64,000 bases of DNA from an uncultured delta proteobacterium (GCA_963708295.1 CAVPSJ010000014.1:32001-96000), one strand, 5' to 3'. Shown: positions 47,874 to 59,326, counted from the stretch's first letter. Made by a program: numbers and translations. Notes: a model not told the origin generated them from the sequence alone.

Positions 47874-50187
47874 ATGATAAAAATCAGCTACCCTCTTATT
47901 AATTATTTTTAGTTTAATCTATTTTGCTGCGGAGGCACAATCTGCCTCACTAGGCTGGGGGGGTGATCCTACAGACATCCCCATCCCCGGCGACTATGAC
48001 GGAGATGCCAAAACCGATATCGCAGTCTACCGGGCCAGCATCGGCGCCTGGTACATCATTCCCTCTTCCACCGGTGTTGCTTACGGCGTCGGCTGGGGGG
48101 GTGATTCTACAGACATCCCTATCCCCGGCGACTATGACGGAGATGCCAAAACCGATATCGCAGTCTACCGAACCAGCACTGGCGCCTGGTGGGTCACTCC
48201 CTCTTCAGGTGCCCCTGCCTATGGCTATGGCTGGGGTGGACCTGGATTCAAACCCGTTCCCGGAGACTATGATGGAGACAGGAAGACCGACATTGCGATT
48301 TACGATACCACCAGCGGTGCCTGGTGGATCACTCCTTCTTCGGGTATTCCAGCCTATGGAGTCGGTTGGGGTGGCCCTGGATTCAAACCTGTTCCTGGGG
48401 ATTATGATGGGGATGGGAAGACCGATATAGCAATCTACGACACCACAGGGGGGGCCTGGTGGATCACTCCTTCTTCGGGTGCGGCGGCCTATGGCGTGGG
48501 TTGGGGAGGAGACCCAAGTGATAAACCTGTTCCTGGTGATTACGATGGAGATGGGAAGACTGACATCGCTGTCTATCGTACCAGCACAGGTGCCTGGTAT
48601 GTAAAACCCTCTTCGGGTGCGGCGGCCTATGGCGTGGGTTGGGGAGGAGACCCAAGTGATAAACCTGTTCCTGGTGATTACGATGGAGATGGGAAGACTG
48701 ACATCGCTGTCTATCGTACCAGCACAGGTGCCTGGTATGTAAAACCCTCTTCGGGTGCTGCCCCTGATGGAGTAGGCAAAGGGAGTCCCCAATTCAGGGC
48801 GATTGGAGGCGTTTCCATGGGCGCATATGGAGCCATGAATATTGGTTTAGGTCGCCCAGACTTTTTTAACACCATCGCCTCTCTTGGGGGTCCCCTCGAC
48901 ATGGCTTACATGCTAAAATTTATTGAAGTAGATATGCTTGGAAATTACGACAATCCGTCAGCCTACCCCAATCGGGATACTCTGATCGATATGCTCAAGG
49001 ACCTTACTATTAGTTTTGGGAACCCTGTCTATTACAATCCGCTCTCAACCTACTATCCTCCAGGAATTACTGCCCAGAATGCGAGAGTGCCTACAACCCT
49101 TTTCAATTTTAAGGATGGAGATCTTAATCCCAACGGAAGTCGGCCGGTCATCACCTATGAAGACCCTGCCCCAGGCGACTGGGTAGAAGTTTTGTTAGCT
49201 CTGGATTCCAACGGAAATGGAAAGAGGGACTTAGGAGAACCAATCTTAAGACAATTTCAGGAGCCCTTCATAGATACGAATGGAAATGGGATGTTCGATC
49301 CAGGGGAGCCCTTTTCCGATACCGGTCTAGATGGCGTTCGGGGAACGGGAGACTATGGAGAAGGTGATGGGGAGTTCACTTATAATCCCAATCATGACAA
49401 TTTCTTGGCTGAAGATCCATTGACCCGTGCCAATACACTCTCCTTTGGCGACCCTTCAGAATCTTAACCTCTATCTCGATGCAGGTACACAAGATGAATT
49501 TCAGTTTAACATAAATGCTGAAAATTTCGTTGAGACACTGTTCGACCGGAGTCTCGTCTTCAGGGTTGAAAATGGCTTTCCTGAGGACTTTCCCAGTGTC
49601 TCTCACTTCAACGAAAAAAGAGTTTATGTCAGGTACCCAGGAGGACATGTTGGGTTTAATAAGGAAAATATCGGATTAAGTTTCGAACAGGCGAAACAGG
49701 GGATTGAAGAGGCGATCGTGGTCGCCAACCGTTTCACAACTCTCTTTAGTTTTATCTCAGACCATTTTACTGGAGGAGACTTTGGAACCAACCCGCTCGA
49801 ATTGCTTCTGTATCCCAGCAAGATGGAAGTTGCCTACTTTACAAGCTCTTCATTAAATAGAACGATGAAATTTGGGATCTATCTTCCTCCTGGATATTCA
49901 AGAAGCAGAACGAATTATTATCCTGTCCTCTACTTCCTCTTAGGCTACAATATGTCCGTGGATGGCATGACCAATTCTTGGATAAAAGCAGTTCTCGATG
50001 GTTTAATCCTAACCGGTGAGATGCAGAAGATGATTATTGTCATCCCGGACGGGTTAAATTATAAGAATCAAAATGGCAAAAGGGACACTTTTTCGTCAAC
50101 CAGATCGACCAAGAACGAGGAGACAAATTCAAGGACTATTTCTTCGATCTGGTCACGTTTATCGACACCTACTACAAAACGAAATAG
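47874..50187 (+). CDS. Secreted FG-GAP repeat protein fused to a circularly permuted alpha/beta-hydrolase esterase, several frameshifts
   Basis: RBS AAGGAG and signal-like leader. Six PGDYDGDxKTDIAxY repeats, then RAIGGVSMGAYGA, YLDAGTQD and GGH, then IYLPPGY..YPVLY..MIIVIPDG..FIDTYYKTK*. Confidence 0.8.
48472..48758 (+). repeat. Exact 138-bp tandem duplication (FG-GAP repeats 5 and 6)
   Basis: The sequence starting at 48481 recurs identically at 48619. Confidence 0.9.
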
Positions 50188-50820
50188 ACCTCCGGACCCT
50201 TTTCAACGATCTAGAGTGGTTTTGAGAGCTTATGATAATAGTCGAGACTCGGCATCAAAAATGCGGATAAAATGGTGTTGAGGAAGAAGTTTAAGAAGTG
50301 AATTTGCCGTAGTTCTATGAGGTAATGTATGATATTTGATATCTTCTTTAACCTCGTGACCTCTGTGGTTGCTATTTATTTATGGGTAATGTGACAGAGA
50401 AGGATGTAAACTAATATTAAATCGTCGAAGAGCAAAGGCAGGGTCAGAGACCGCTCTACCTTTTTTCTCTAAAGGTTTCCCTATCCTCGCTTTCTATTCG
50501 CAATCGTCAACTTGCAAGATTGGAAAATAATATTAACTTGCTGAGATGTTATATTGGGTGTAGATAATTCCTCAGGTCTATTATTGTGACCATTCATAAT
50601 TGAGGATTTCCACCTGAAACATTGAATGGATAAGGTCCATACGGATTTGAGGAGTACAGGAAGAACTAAATGACATTTCCTTTTCGAGATTTTTGGAGCG
50701 GGGCGATAGTAAAATTTGGCGAGTATACCTACAAGTCATTACGGGCAACCATATTCAGGGATCGAAGGTTACGCTTTGAAAGAGAGGATGAGTGCCATCG
50801 CCACTTCAGCCTGCTTCTTA

Positions 50821-51060
50821 TTAAAATGAGGAGGCCCGACCTTCTTTCTTTCCCGTTTTCTTTTTCAATTCTCTATGTATTTTTCTCTCCTTCTGTTTTG
50901 TCAAAGTCCCACAGTCAGGGCACCTATTCACGAACGTGCAATCATCCCCCTCCACATAGTAATCTTCGACCTTATCCCAAGTTGATAAGCATTCAAAACT
51001 ACTTAACACCTGTGTAAGCATTTTCCTACATTTTGGACAGTAACAGTACGCCATTGCCAT
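50821..51060 (-). CDS. Small Zn-ribbon-like hypothetical protein
   Basis: CYCPKC...RCPDCG; RBS GAGGTGG. Confidence 0.5.
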   Translation of the reverse strand: MAMAYCYCPKCRKMLTQVLSSFECLSTWDKVEDYYVEGDDCTFVNRCPDCGTLTKQKERKIHRELKKKTGKKEGRASSF

Positions 51061-51318
51061 TCTAGCCACCTCTTCCGTTAAATTTGGCAGCCAGGCCACA
51101 GACCTATCTTCTCAATGTAAATTTAGTAACTGAGCTCAATTTATGCAACCCTAAAAAAAGCACTCGACAATCGCTGATGACATTGGTATGTAATCATTTC
51201 CCTCTTTTCCTCTTTACATACTCGTTAAAGAAGGTGAGGGAGTAATTTAGCTCGGTTGACAAAAATAAGGCCCCTCACGCCGTAAAGATTGCTAATCTCG
51301 GAGAACCATTTGCTCAGC

Positions 51319-51444
51319 CTAACAGCAGCAAGCATCGTCGCAAGAAAAACGGAAGCAGGATGGATCATACCAGCAGCAATCATCCATGGATGAAGACATA
51401 ATGTCCGCTTTCCTCGGTTTCGATTTTCTGTCATTCTTCTTCAT
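51319..51444 (-). CDS. 41-aa Cys-rich peptide
   Basis: Not in the ORF track. RBS-like GAGGG/AGGT. MKKNDRKSKPRKADIMSSSMDDCCWYDPSCFRFSCDDACCC*. Confidence 0.55.
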   Translation of the reverse strand: MKKNDRKSKPRKADIMSSSMDDCCWYDPSCFRFSCDDACCC

Positions 51445-51719
51445 TACCTATTCCCTCTTTTAATCTAAAAATGCCTATCTTTCTTTAAAAAGGCAAGTAG
51501 TGTGAAAAGTTTAGCAACGCCTCTTATTAAAAAGAGGTCCCTGACTAAATGTCAAGTTCTTATGGCATTGCGTTATTGATTTTCACTTGTTGCATTGTCA
51601 CGCAAAATTTTAAAATCAAGACTTCAGGAAGAACTCACCATTGCACTTGGTAATGTCTGTCGCTTGAGATTCTGACTTACAAGAGGAACCTGCGAAGATA
51701 ATCTTCGTTGATTATGAAC

Positions 51720-52865
51720 TTATTCGTCAGCCGATTTCTTCGGGATTCGGAGCACCCCGTCCACTTCCTCGAAGTCGAACCACCATTTATTTTGGGGGTT
51801 AGGTTTTCCGTATCCAAAGAAGTCATCTGCCCGGACCGCGACGCTTCTTGCAAGGGAGGAGTGTCTCGTCGCCCAGCCGACGGCGCGGTGAAAAAGAGTG
51901 TAAGGTTTGTTCGCCGGGCAGACCGTGATGCAGGTTCCGCATCCAGAACCTTTTTTGTTCCCCACTCGCATGGAGGTGCATTTCTGAACGTCCGTCGGCC
52001 AATGTTCATATCCATTATACATGACTTTGTCACCGAAGCTCAGGGCTCCTGAGGGGCACTCCCGGGCGCACTTCTTACATTTTGAACAAAGGTCCTGAAG
52101 GCCGAAATCAATGGGTTTGTCGGGCAGGAGGGGCAGGTCCGTGGTGACGACGGCGGCCTTAAAACGCGGTCCGAGGAAAGGATGAAGCACACAGTCCCCG
52201 ATTCGACACATCTCTCCCAGGCCTGCCCAGAGGAGGATGGGAGGAACGACGACCTGATAATTTCTTGCGTGGTGGGCTCTGGCCGGATACCCGAGCCTGC
52301 GAATGTAGTCGGCCAGAATACAGGCAATAAATCCCGAGGCCGAGTAGGCCATGAAGCTCATCGAATTACTGATCCACCCGTGAGTGGTATTCGCGCTCGA
52401 TGTTCTCCAATCTTGGTCAATCAAGATACCGATGGCGTATTTGTGATTTAGCTCGATTGTCTCACCATTCCCAAAACTGTGCGTATAGACCGCATACCGG
52501 GGTAACTTACAAATCCCGACGGCGTCCGCCCTGAGGAAGTAGGCCAATTCCTTAACATGACGGGAAAGCACGGCGGGATCTTCGGGAACGGGGGCCTTCT
52601 GCTTGGCGACGATCCCATCGACGATCCCCTTCAAGTGGCCCTGCATTTGCATCAAAGCCGCGGAGAGCGGGTGTTTCTGAACAAACCGCATCCTTTCTAC
52701 CTTGAGGGAGACTCCATAATCCCCTCGCGCTGCTTTGTTGAAGCCGCTCTCCCGCTCATCCACCCTCCGGACCTGATCATCAAGGATTTTTGTCGTAGGG
52801 CGATCTACTCTTTTCAGTTTATGGACAGGAAAGGGCTCAACATCCCGTTTGTGATAGCCGCTCAT
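51720..52865 (-). CDS. rdhA: Cytoplasmic (catabolic-type) B12-dependent reductive dehalogenase homolog
   Basis: YFLRADAVGIC, YIRRLGYPARAH, AGLGEMCRIG..LHPFLGPRFKAAVVTTDLPL.PDKPIDFGLQDLCSKCKKCARECP, GCGTCITVCP. No TAT leader and no rdhB. Confidence 0.85.
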   Translation of the reverse strand: MSGYHKRDVEPFPVHKLKRVDRPTTKILDDQVRRVDERESGFNKAARGDYGVSLKVERMRFVQKHPLSAALMQMQGHLKGIVDGIVAKQKAPVPEDPAVLSRHVKELAYFLRADAVGICKLPRYAVYTHSFGNGETIELNHKYAIGILIDQDWRTSSANTTHGWISNSMSFMAYSASGFIACILADYIRRLGYPARAHHARNYQVVVPPILLWAGLGEMCRIGDCVLHPFLGPRFKAAVVTTDLPLLPDKPIDFGLQDLCSKCKKCARECPSGALSFGDKVMYNGYEHWPTDVQKCTSMRVGNKKGSGCGTCITVCPANKPYTLFHRAVGWATRHSSLARSVAVRADDFFGYGKPNPQNKWWFDFEEVDGVLRIPKKSADE

Positions 52866-52887
52866 AAGTTCATCCTCATTATGTTTT

Positions 52888-53063
52888 TAGCAGGTTGCTG
52901 AAAAACGCCCATCTGCTTCGTTATCCGGCCGCCTCACCGTCTCGGCGGCGTGGCAATAAGTCGCTCCTTATTCGTCGCGACGCCACCCCTCATCCTTTCC
53001 CGTGTCAAAGCACGGGGCAGGCTTGTTGCGGCGTACTTCCAAATAAACACTTTTTCAGCAACC
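52888..53063. mobile_element. GTTGCTGAAAAA-type MITE (copy 3, with two inserts)
   Basis: AGGTTGCTGAAAAA / TTTTTCAGCAACC TIRs. The right end supplies the stop codon of the AMP ligase. Confidence 0.75.
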
Positions 53064-54722
53064 CTTTGATTCCTTCTGAAGCTTTTCGTTAATGATCGAC
53101 CGCAGTTCCTTCTTGTCGATCTTTCCAACCTGGGTCATGGGAAACTCTTTGACCAGCTCCAATCGTTCAGGCAGTTTGAAGGTTGAAATGTGTCTTTCTT
53201 CTTTGAAGAAAGGCACACAGTTCGTCAAGGGTCAGCCCCTGGTTTTCCTTTGGTCAGGACGAAGGCACATCCTTTTTCTCCGAGCACAGGGTCGGGCATC
53301 GCCACATAAGCACAATTCTCCACCTTCGGGTGAGCCAGAATATGGTTTTCCACTTCCTCTGCGCTTATCTTTTCGGCTCCCCGGTTAATCGTGTCCTTGA
53401 TCCTGCCCTCCACGCCACGTATCGTCCCCTGAACCATCCTCACCACGTCCCCGGTGCGATAGAAGCCGTCTTCGGTGAATGCCTTCTTATTGTATTCGGG
53501 TGAATGATAGTAGCCCCGTGATGGTGGTGGGTCCTCGAACTAACAATTCTCCCAGTTCGCCATAAGGAACTTCCTGATCATTCTCATCCACCACCCTGAT
53601 CTCGTCGTCCTTAAACATGGGAGCGCCTTGTGTATTGAGGAGCAGGTCTTCGGGGTCATCCCTTTCCGTCCAGAAAAGCATGCCTTCGGCCATCCCGAGG
53701 TTCTGGTGGTAGTCGCATCCCAGGGTCGATCTTGATTTTCTTTGCCACTTCAGCGTTCAGTCTTGCTCCACCGGCAAGGACGACTTCCAAAGAGCTCAAA
53801 TCATATTTGGATAGCTCAGGCGCCTCCATCCAACGAATGAGCAGGGCAGGAGGGGTCGGCATGATCGTTATTTTCTCCTTCTGAATACGCTTCAAAGACC
53901 GGCTTCTGTTTTCGTTGAAGGGATGAGAACTACCTTCCCGCCCTTGTATAACATCCCCATCAACCCCGGAGAGCTCAGAGCAAAATTGTGATTGACCGGG
54001 ATGGCGATTCCCATCACCGAATCCTCGCTTAGTCTTGTTATTTCAGCCACCCGTTTGAAGTTGAGGCTGTAGTCATTGTGAGTCCTCGGGATGATCTTAG
54101 GAACCCCGGTCGTTCCTCCGGACAGCTGGAAGACGGCCGGTTCCATCGGATCGGGTCGATATTTCTTCAGGGATTCAACTGGAACTCGCTCTTCGATTCT
54201 GTCGTTCAGAAGGGTGGTGAGGGAAATAAAGTCATCCTCGACCCCTTCCCCGACACCAATGTGAATTCAAGGGTGGGGATTTTCTTTCGAATTTCACGAG
54301 ACATCGCTTGATGTGAAAAATCCCTGAAGCGGGACGGAATCGACGTGGGCCCTGGCTTGAGTGAACTGGGCAAAGAAGGAGATCTCCGCGTCCCGGTGAG
54401 CGGGGAGGGCGAGGATCGGAATAACGCCTATTTTGACTGCGGCGAAGTAACAGTAGACAAATTCCGGTTCATTGGGGAGTTGAAGGATGATCCGATCATA
54501 GGGTCTCAAACCCAGATTGATCAAATGGAGAGAAAGCCGATTTACCTTTTCAGCCATCTCAGCGTAGGAAACGTAGTCTCCCGTGTAGGCAAGCGCGACT
54601 CGATGAGGGTGTCGATTCACCCAATCGTCAAATTCTTCTCCGAGTGTCTTGTCGATCCAGTAGCCCTTTTCCTTGTATTTCTTTACAAAGGATTCGGGAT
54701 ATGGAACAAAACCTTCCAACAT
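53055..54722 (-). CDS. DhbE/EntE-like aryl-acid-AMP ligase, multiple frameshifts
   Basis: [71 protein letters not shown]-type end. Confidence 0.85.
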
Positions 54723-54814
54723 GGCTTCATCTCCGATTTTTGAACGATTTTTCTAATTCTCAGTTTTGTCCAGATTAGATTTACTACCCGGTCCATAATT
54801 GAACAGACATCTGA

Positions 54815-54942
54815 TTAACCCCACCCCCACCCTTCCCCTCCCCCTGAAGGGGAGGAAAATCGTAATGTTCTGCCCCTTCGAAGAGGAAATTCTTATTCTC
54901 CTCCTCCTTCAAGGGGGAGGTTAGGAAGGGGATGGGGATGGC
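54815..54942. repeat. boxC-like inverted repeat cluster
   Basis: CCCCACCCCCACCCTTCCCCTCCCCCTGAAGGGGAGG pairs with CCTCCTTCAAGGGGGAGGTTAGGAAGGGGATGGGG. Confidence 0.65.
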
Positions 54943-55047
54943 CCCGTCAGTAATTAATGCAGTCATTGCGAGCGAAGCCCTGCACCGTCATGCGTGTTCA
55001 GCGGCGAATCGAAGCAATCTGTTATTTTGGACGACAATGTCTAGTCT

Positions 55048-55528
55048 CTATGATTTCTTCTGCATCATTTTTGACGCAGCCATAATGGAATCGACAATAT
55101 GCTGATATCCGGTGCAACGACACAGGTTTCCGGAAATCGCCTTTCTGATCTCAGTCGTTGTCGGCTCCGGATTCTCATCCAGAAAGGCCTTTGCAGACAT
55201 CACCATTCCCGGGGTACAGAAACCGCATTGAATGGCTCCGTGTTTCAAAAAGGCTTCCTGTATCGGGTGGAGTTTTTCGCCCTCTGAAAGTCCCTCGATC
55301 GTCAGTGATCTCCTTCCCCTGAGCATCCATGGCGAGCACCAGGCAGGAGGCGACCGGCCTTCCATCGATCAGCACGGTGCAGGCACCGCAATTCCCCTCA
55401 TTGCACGATTTCTTTGTTCCTGTCAGGCCCAGGTTTTCTCTTAAGACTTCCAGGAGGGTCCTCCTCGTTTCAATGCTCAGTCGATAATTTGTTCCGTTCA
55501 CTTTCAATGTAATCTCTTCTTGTTTCAT
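55048..55528 (-). CDS. 2x[2Fe-2S] subunit (CoxS-like), one frameshift
   Basis: GTKKSCNEGNCGACTV, QCGFCTPG, GNLCRCTGY. Confidence 0.92.
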
Positions 55529-55555
55529 ACACCCGACTCCTTCAAATCGCTGATC

Positions 55556-56441
55556 TCAATTGATCCTGTTATACGCAGCCATGACCGCCCGTTTCGTCAG
55601 AACCTCGATCATCTCTCTTCGATATTCCTTCGATGCACGCATACTGCTTCGCGGGTTCGCTTCCTGAGCAGCTATCTTTCCTGCTTCCTTTCCCACCGTC
55701 TCATTCATCTCTCTGTTCAGGAGAATTTGTTCAGCTTTTAAGGCCCGGATCGGGGTTAAGCCAACAGCGCCGAGAGCGATCCTGGCTCCCCGTGCAAGTC
55801 TTTCTTTCTGAATCGAAGCTCAAGCAGGCAGCGACGCCAACCTGCGCCAAGTCCATGGCAGCGCGCCGCATCAGCTTGAAGTAGGCCCCGCTGCTTTTCT
55901 CGAGCGGATTGGGAATCATGATCTGAGTCAGGATCTCACCGGGTTTGAGAACGGACTCCCCCGGCCCCTTAAAAAACTTCTCAACGAGCACTTTTCTCTT
56001 TCCCTTGGGACCTATGATTTCGACCGACGCATCCAAAACGATCAACGGGGGGGCTGTATCGGCAGACGGCGCCGCGCTGCAGAGATTCCCTCCAATCGTT
56101 CCCAGATTTCTTATTTGAGGAGACGCCATCACCTGAGCGGCATCCCAGAGGACGCGAAACTTATCCTGAATCATTTTCGAATGTTCGATTTCGCCTAAGG
56201 TGACCAAGGCTCCAATTCTCATCCCTTCCTTCTCATCGTGGATGCCCTTCAGCTCCGCTATCCCTTTGAGGTTGATGAGATGCTCGGGGACAATCTCTCT
56301 TTTTTTCATCGACACCAGGAGATCCGTTCCCCCTGCCAAAACTCTGCCCTTTCCATCATATTTGGCCAAGAAGTCCAGGGCCTCGGGAAGGGATGTCGGG
56401 GCATGGTATTCAAATTTAGGCAATCTCTTGATAAACATCAC
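55556..56441 (-). CDS. FAD-binding subunit (CoxM-like), one frameshift
   Basis: LAGGTDL, QIRNLGTIGGNLC..PSAD, RASKEYR. Lacks the Cys-rich [4Fe-4S] insert of HcrB. Confidence 0.9.
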
Positions 56442-58717
56442 TTCGCCTCCTTTTCTTTCAAGGCTTTTAGAATCTTTTCAGGGGTGATGGGAAGATCTTT
56501 GATCCTCACTCCAACCGCATCATAGACCCCGTTGGCAATCGCTGCCATGGTTGAGCAGGAGCTTGCTTCTCCTGCGCCTTTGGCGCCAAAGGGACCATAA
56601 GGGTCATGGGTATGAACATGCTCGACGACATATTCCGGCACATCCATACTCGTCGGTTGTTTGTAGTTCTGCCAGGTGAAATTGAGGGCACGCCCTTTTT
56701 CATCATAGAGTGATTCTTCAAGGAGGGCGTGACCCGTCATATGGGTGCTGCCGCCATTGACCTGTCCTTCCAGCATGAGGGGGTTGATGGGTTGACCGGC
56801 ATCGTCCCCGTGGGCCGCTTTGATCAGTGTCACTTTTCCCGTCTCCTTATCCACCTCTAACTCCATGGCCGTGGCGATAAAGTCGAGACCGTGGACCAGA
56901 TTCCCCTTTCCTGTCTTCCAGTCCACGATATCGATGTCCGTCGCTGCCCAGTAGCCCCTTCCGTAGAGAGGGGTCCCCCGGTCATAATAGGCCCTCCGGA
57001 CGGCCAGGAGAAAGTCGATCCCCTTTTCCGGGTTTCCTTTGGGAAAAATCCGTCTGTTCTTGAATTCAAGTTCTTCCGGGTCGGCCTTCAATTCCTTTGC
57101 GGCAATTTCTGCAAGCTGTCTTTTCAGATCCTTTGCGGCCAAGATCGTCGCGTTGCCATCCCAGTACGTGCATCGATCTCCGAACATTCCCGAATCAAGA
57201 ATGGCCGTGTCTGAATCGCTGACCCCCTGGATCATATCTTCGAAAGGAAGACCCAGCACCTCTGCCGCCATCTGGCAGAAAACGGTGTTCGCCCCTTGCC
57301 CGATCTCCGTGCCGCCGTGGGTGACGATGACCTTTCCATCTTCCACAAGCTTCAGCATCACGGAGGAGCCGAAATGGCCGCCCAGTCTTGGGCCGGAGGG
57401 ATGGGAGGCACAGCTAAAGCCGATTCCCCTTCCTTCGGGTCTTCGTTTCCTGCTCTCCTTCCATTTAATCTTTTCGGCTGACTTCTCAATGCATTCCGGA
57501 AGGCCCGATACATCCACCATCATCCCGTTGGCCGTCCTCCATTGACTGGTGACCGCATTGATTTTCCTGATCTCTACCTGGTCAATGCCAAGGTCTTCGG
57601 CGACCATATGGAGCAGGGAGTCCAGGGCAAACTGGGCCAGGGTGATCTCCTGTCCTCTCACCGTACCGCAGGGAGCCCTGTTCGAATAGACCAGCTTGCC
57701 GTGGTACTCGATGGCAGGAATCTTGTACGGGATATTTAAGAATGCGCCGAAATAATAGATGTTGAAAGGTCCGATCCCGCAGATGGGGCCCCCTTCAAGA
57801 ATGCATTCCGCTTTCAGGGCAGTGATGGCGCCATTTTTTCTTACGCCGATTTTCAGCCGGGCATCCATGGCATTTCGCTGCCTGTAGGCTGCGAGGACTT
57901 CGTCGTAGTTCAAAACGATCTTGACAGGCCGTCGGGTGATCTGCGCCAGCTTGGCCGCTGCAAAATCGACATCAAAGGGATCATGTTTTCCCGAAAAGGC
58001 GCCCCCCACGAAGGGGTTGACAATTCTCATCCCGGAGAGGGGAATGTCTAGAGCCCTGCACATGTGACGCCAGGTGATGTAGGGACTTTGTTTGGAACCT
58101 TGCAAGAGAATTCTGCCGGTCGGGTCCACTTCGGCCAGGCAGGCATGAGGTTCGATGAAACCTACGGTCACGCGCTGGGAGGTGAATGTCTCCTCTCTGA
58201 TGTAATCCGCCTCTTTGAACCCTTTTTCAACATCCCCGAAGTTGAAATCTGAGAAATAGGCGAGGTTGCTTTTTGAGAATTCGTTGACCAGCGAGGCTCC
58301 AGGTTTTAGAGCGTCCTCGGCCGTCAGAACGACGGGCAATTCCTCATAGTCTACTTTGATTAAATCGAGTGCCTCCTCGGCTGTATCCTCATCCATGGCA
58401 GCCACGGCCGCCACCCCTTCTCCAAAATGGTGGACCTTGGTGATGGGCATAGGAATTTGATCTCTGGTATCGGGTCGGGTGCCGAAGGGGATTCCCGGAA
58501 AATCTTTTCCTGTGATGACTCCCATGACGCCTGGAAGTGCCCTGGCTCTGCTCGTATCGATGTTGAGGATTTTGGCATGGGCCAGGGGACTTCTCAAAAG
58601 TTTGCCGTGCAACATTCCGGCTGCCACCAGATCTCCGGCATATTTCGCCTTACCAGTGACCTTCACCCTTCCGTCCGTTCTTTCCACCGATTTGCCCACA
58701 ACCGAATATTCTTCCAT
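56438..58717 (-). CDS. Xanthine-oxidase-family molybdopterin large subunit
   Basis: KVTGKAKYAGD, LRSPLAHAKI, EIGQG, INPLMLEGQVNGG, GPFGAKGAGE, DLPITPEKIL. Confidence 0.95.
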   Translation of the reverse strand: MEEYSVVGKSVERTDGRVKVTGKAKYAGDLVAAGMLHGKLLRSPLAHAKILNIDTSRARALPGVMGVITGKDFPGIPFGTRPDTRDQIPMPITKVHHFGEGVAAVAAMDEDTAEEALDLIKVDYEELPVVLTAEDALKPGASLVNEFSKSNLAYFSDFNFGDVEKGFKEADYIREETFTSQRVTVGFIEPHACLAEVDPTGRILLQGSKQSPYITWRHMCRALDIPLSGMRIVNPFVGGAFSGKHDPFDVDFAAAKLAQITRRPVKIVLNYDEVLAAYRQRNAMDARLKIGVRKNGAITALKAECILEGGPICGIGPFNIYYFGAFLNIPYKIPAIEYHGKLVYSNRAPCGTVRGQEITLAQFALDSLLHMVAEDLGIDQVEIRKINAVTSQWRTANGMMVDVSGLPECIEKSAEKIKWKESRKRRPEGRGIGFSCASHPSGPRLGGHFGSSVMLKLVEDGKVIVTHGGTEIGQGANTVFCQMAAEVLGLPFEDMIQGVSDSDTAILDSGMFGDRCTYWDGNATILAAKDLKRQLAEIAAKELKADPEELEFKNRRIFPKGNPEKGIDFLLAVRRAYYDRGTPLYGRGYWAATDIDIVDWKTGKGNLVHGLDFIATAMELEVDKETGKVTLIKAAHGDDAGQPINPLMLEGQVNGGSTHMTGHALLEESLYDEKGRALNFTWQNYKQPTSMDVPEYVVEHVHTHDPYGPFGAKGAGEASSCSTMAAIANGVYDAVGVRIKDLPITPEKILKALKEKEAK

Positions 58718-58779
58718 GCCGTTACTCTCCTTCTTTCATTTGGATTCCTGCAATTCAAATCAGCCAGCCACAATTACAT

Positions 58780-58931
58780 TAAATCCGAAATTCGAATTCC
58801 GAAACAATGACCAAAATTCGAATCTCAAATGACCAAAACCTGTTATTCGAGGTCGGGTGTTTCAAGTTTGGAGCATTTCGGATTCTGATATTCGAACTTG
58901 TTTCGAATTTCGTATTTCGATATTCGGATTT
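58780..58931. repeat. Inverted heptamer repeat element
   Basis: AAATCCGAAATTCGAATTCCGAAAC pairs with GTTTCGAATTTCGTATTTCGATATTCGGATTT. Confidence 0.7.
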
Positions 58932-59037
58932 TCACCCCTTTGCCACCCAGACAACAAAGGAATCCTTTGTGCCCAGCCCCCAAGATATGGGCTATGGTCA
59001 CCTCCCCTCCATGGAGGGTGAGGGTGTCAAAGTTCTT

Positions 59038-59326
59038 CTACCCTCCTCCCAAGGGAATGATGATGATGGTCACTGTATCTCCGTCCTTCAAAGGGGTCTC
59101 CAATCCGCCGCTCCACTGTGGGATAAGGAACATCATTGATCCTGATTTCCCATTCATCGGGGTTGATGGTCTGGCTCCCAGGTCGTACATACTCAACCCG
59201 AGTGGGTGACCTCTCCGAGAGCTCTTCCAGAAATTCTCTGATGGTCAATTGGGATTGATCTAAATCCGCAAATTCTCCGTTGTCCAGCCCGGGAACAACG
59301 AAGTTAGACTTCACGTGGATTTTCAT
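59038..59326 (-). CDS. MoaD/ThiS ubiquitin-like sulfur carrier, one frameshift
   Basis: After a shift the C-terminus reads LETPLKDGDTVTIIIIPLGGG*. Confidence 0.8.

Noticed and set aside
47950-48760. CRISPR-like periodic repeats
   Set aside because: The period is ~135-138 bp and encodes FG-GAP repeats. No unique spacers or cas genes.
51225-51434. 69-aa ORF from the track
   Set aside because: The overlapping frame (51319-51444) has a better RBS and a patterned Cys-rich product.
45558-51444. Prophage or integrative element
   Set aside because: AT-richer accessory genes are present, but no integrase, att-like repeat, tRNA or phage structural genes were seen.
53055-54722. Siderophore (enterobactin/bacillibactin) biosynthesis
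   Set aside because: No aryl carrier protein, NRPS or isochorismate genes. The context is catabolic.
55048-58717. 4-hydroxybenzoyl-CoA reductase (hcrCAB) or aerobic CO dehydrogenase
   Set aside because: No HcrB [4Fe-4S] insert and no AYxCSFR loop.
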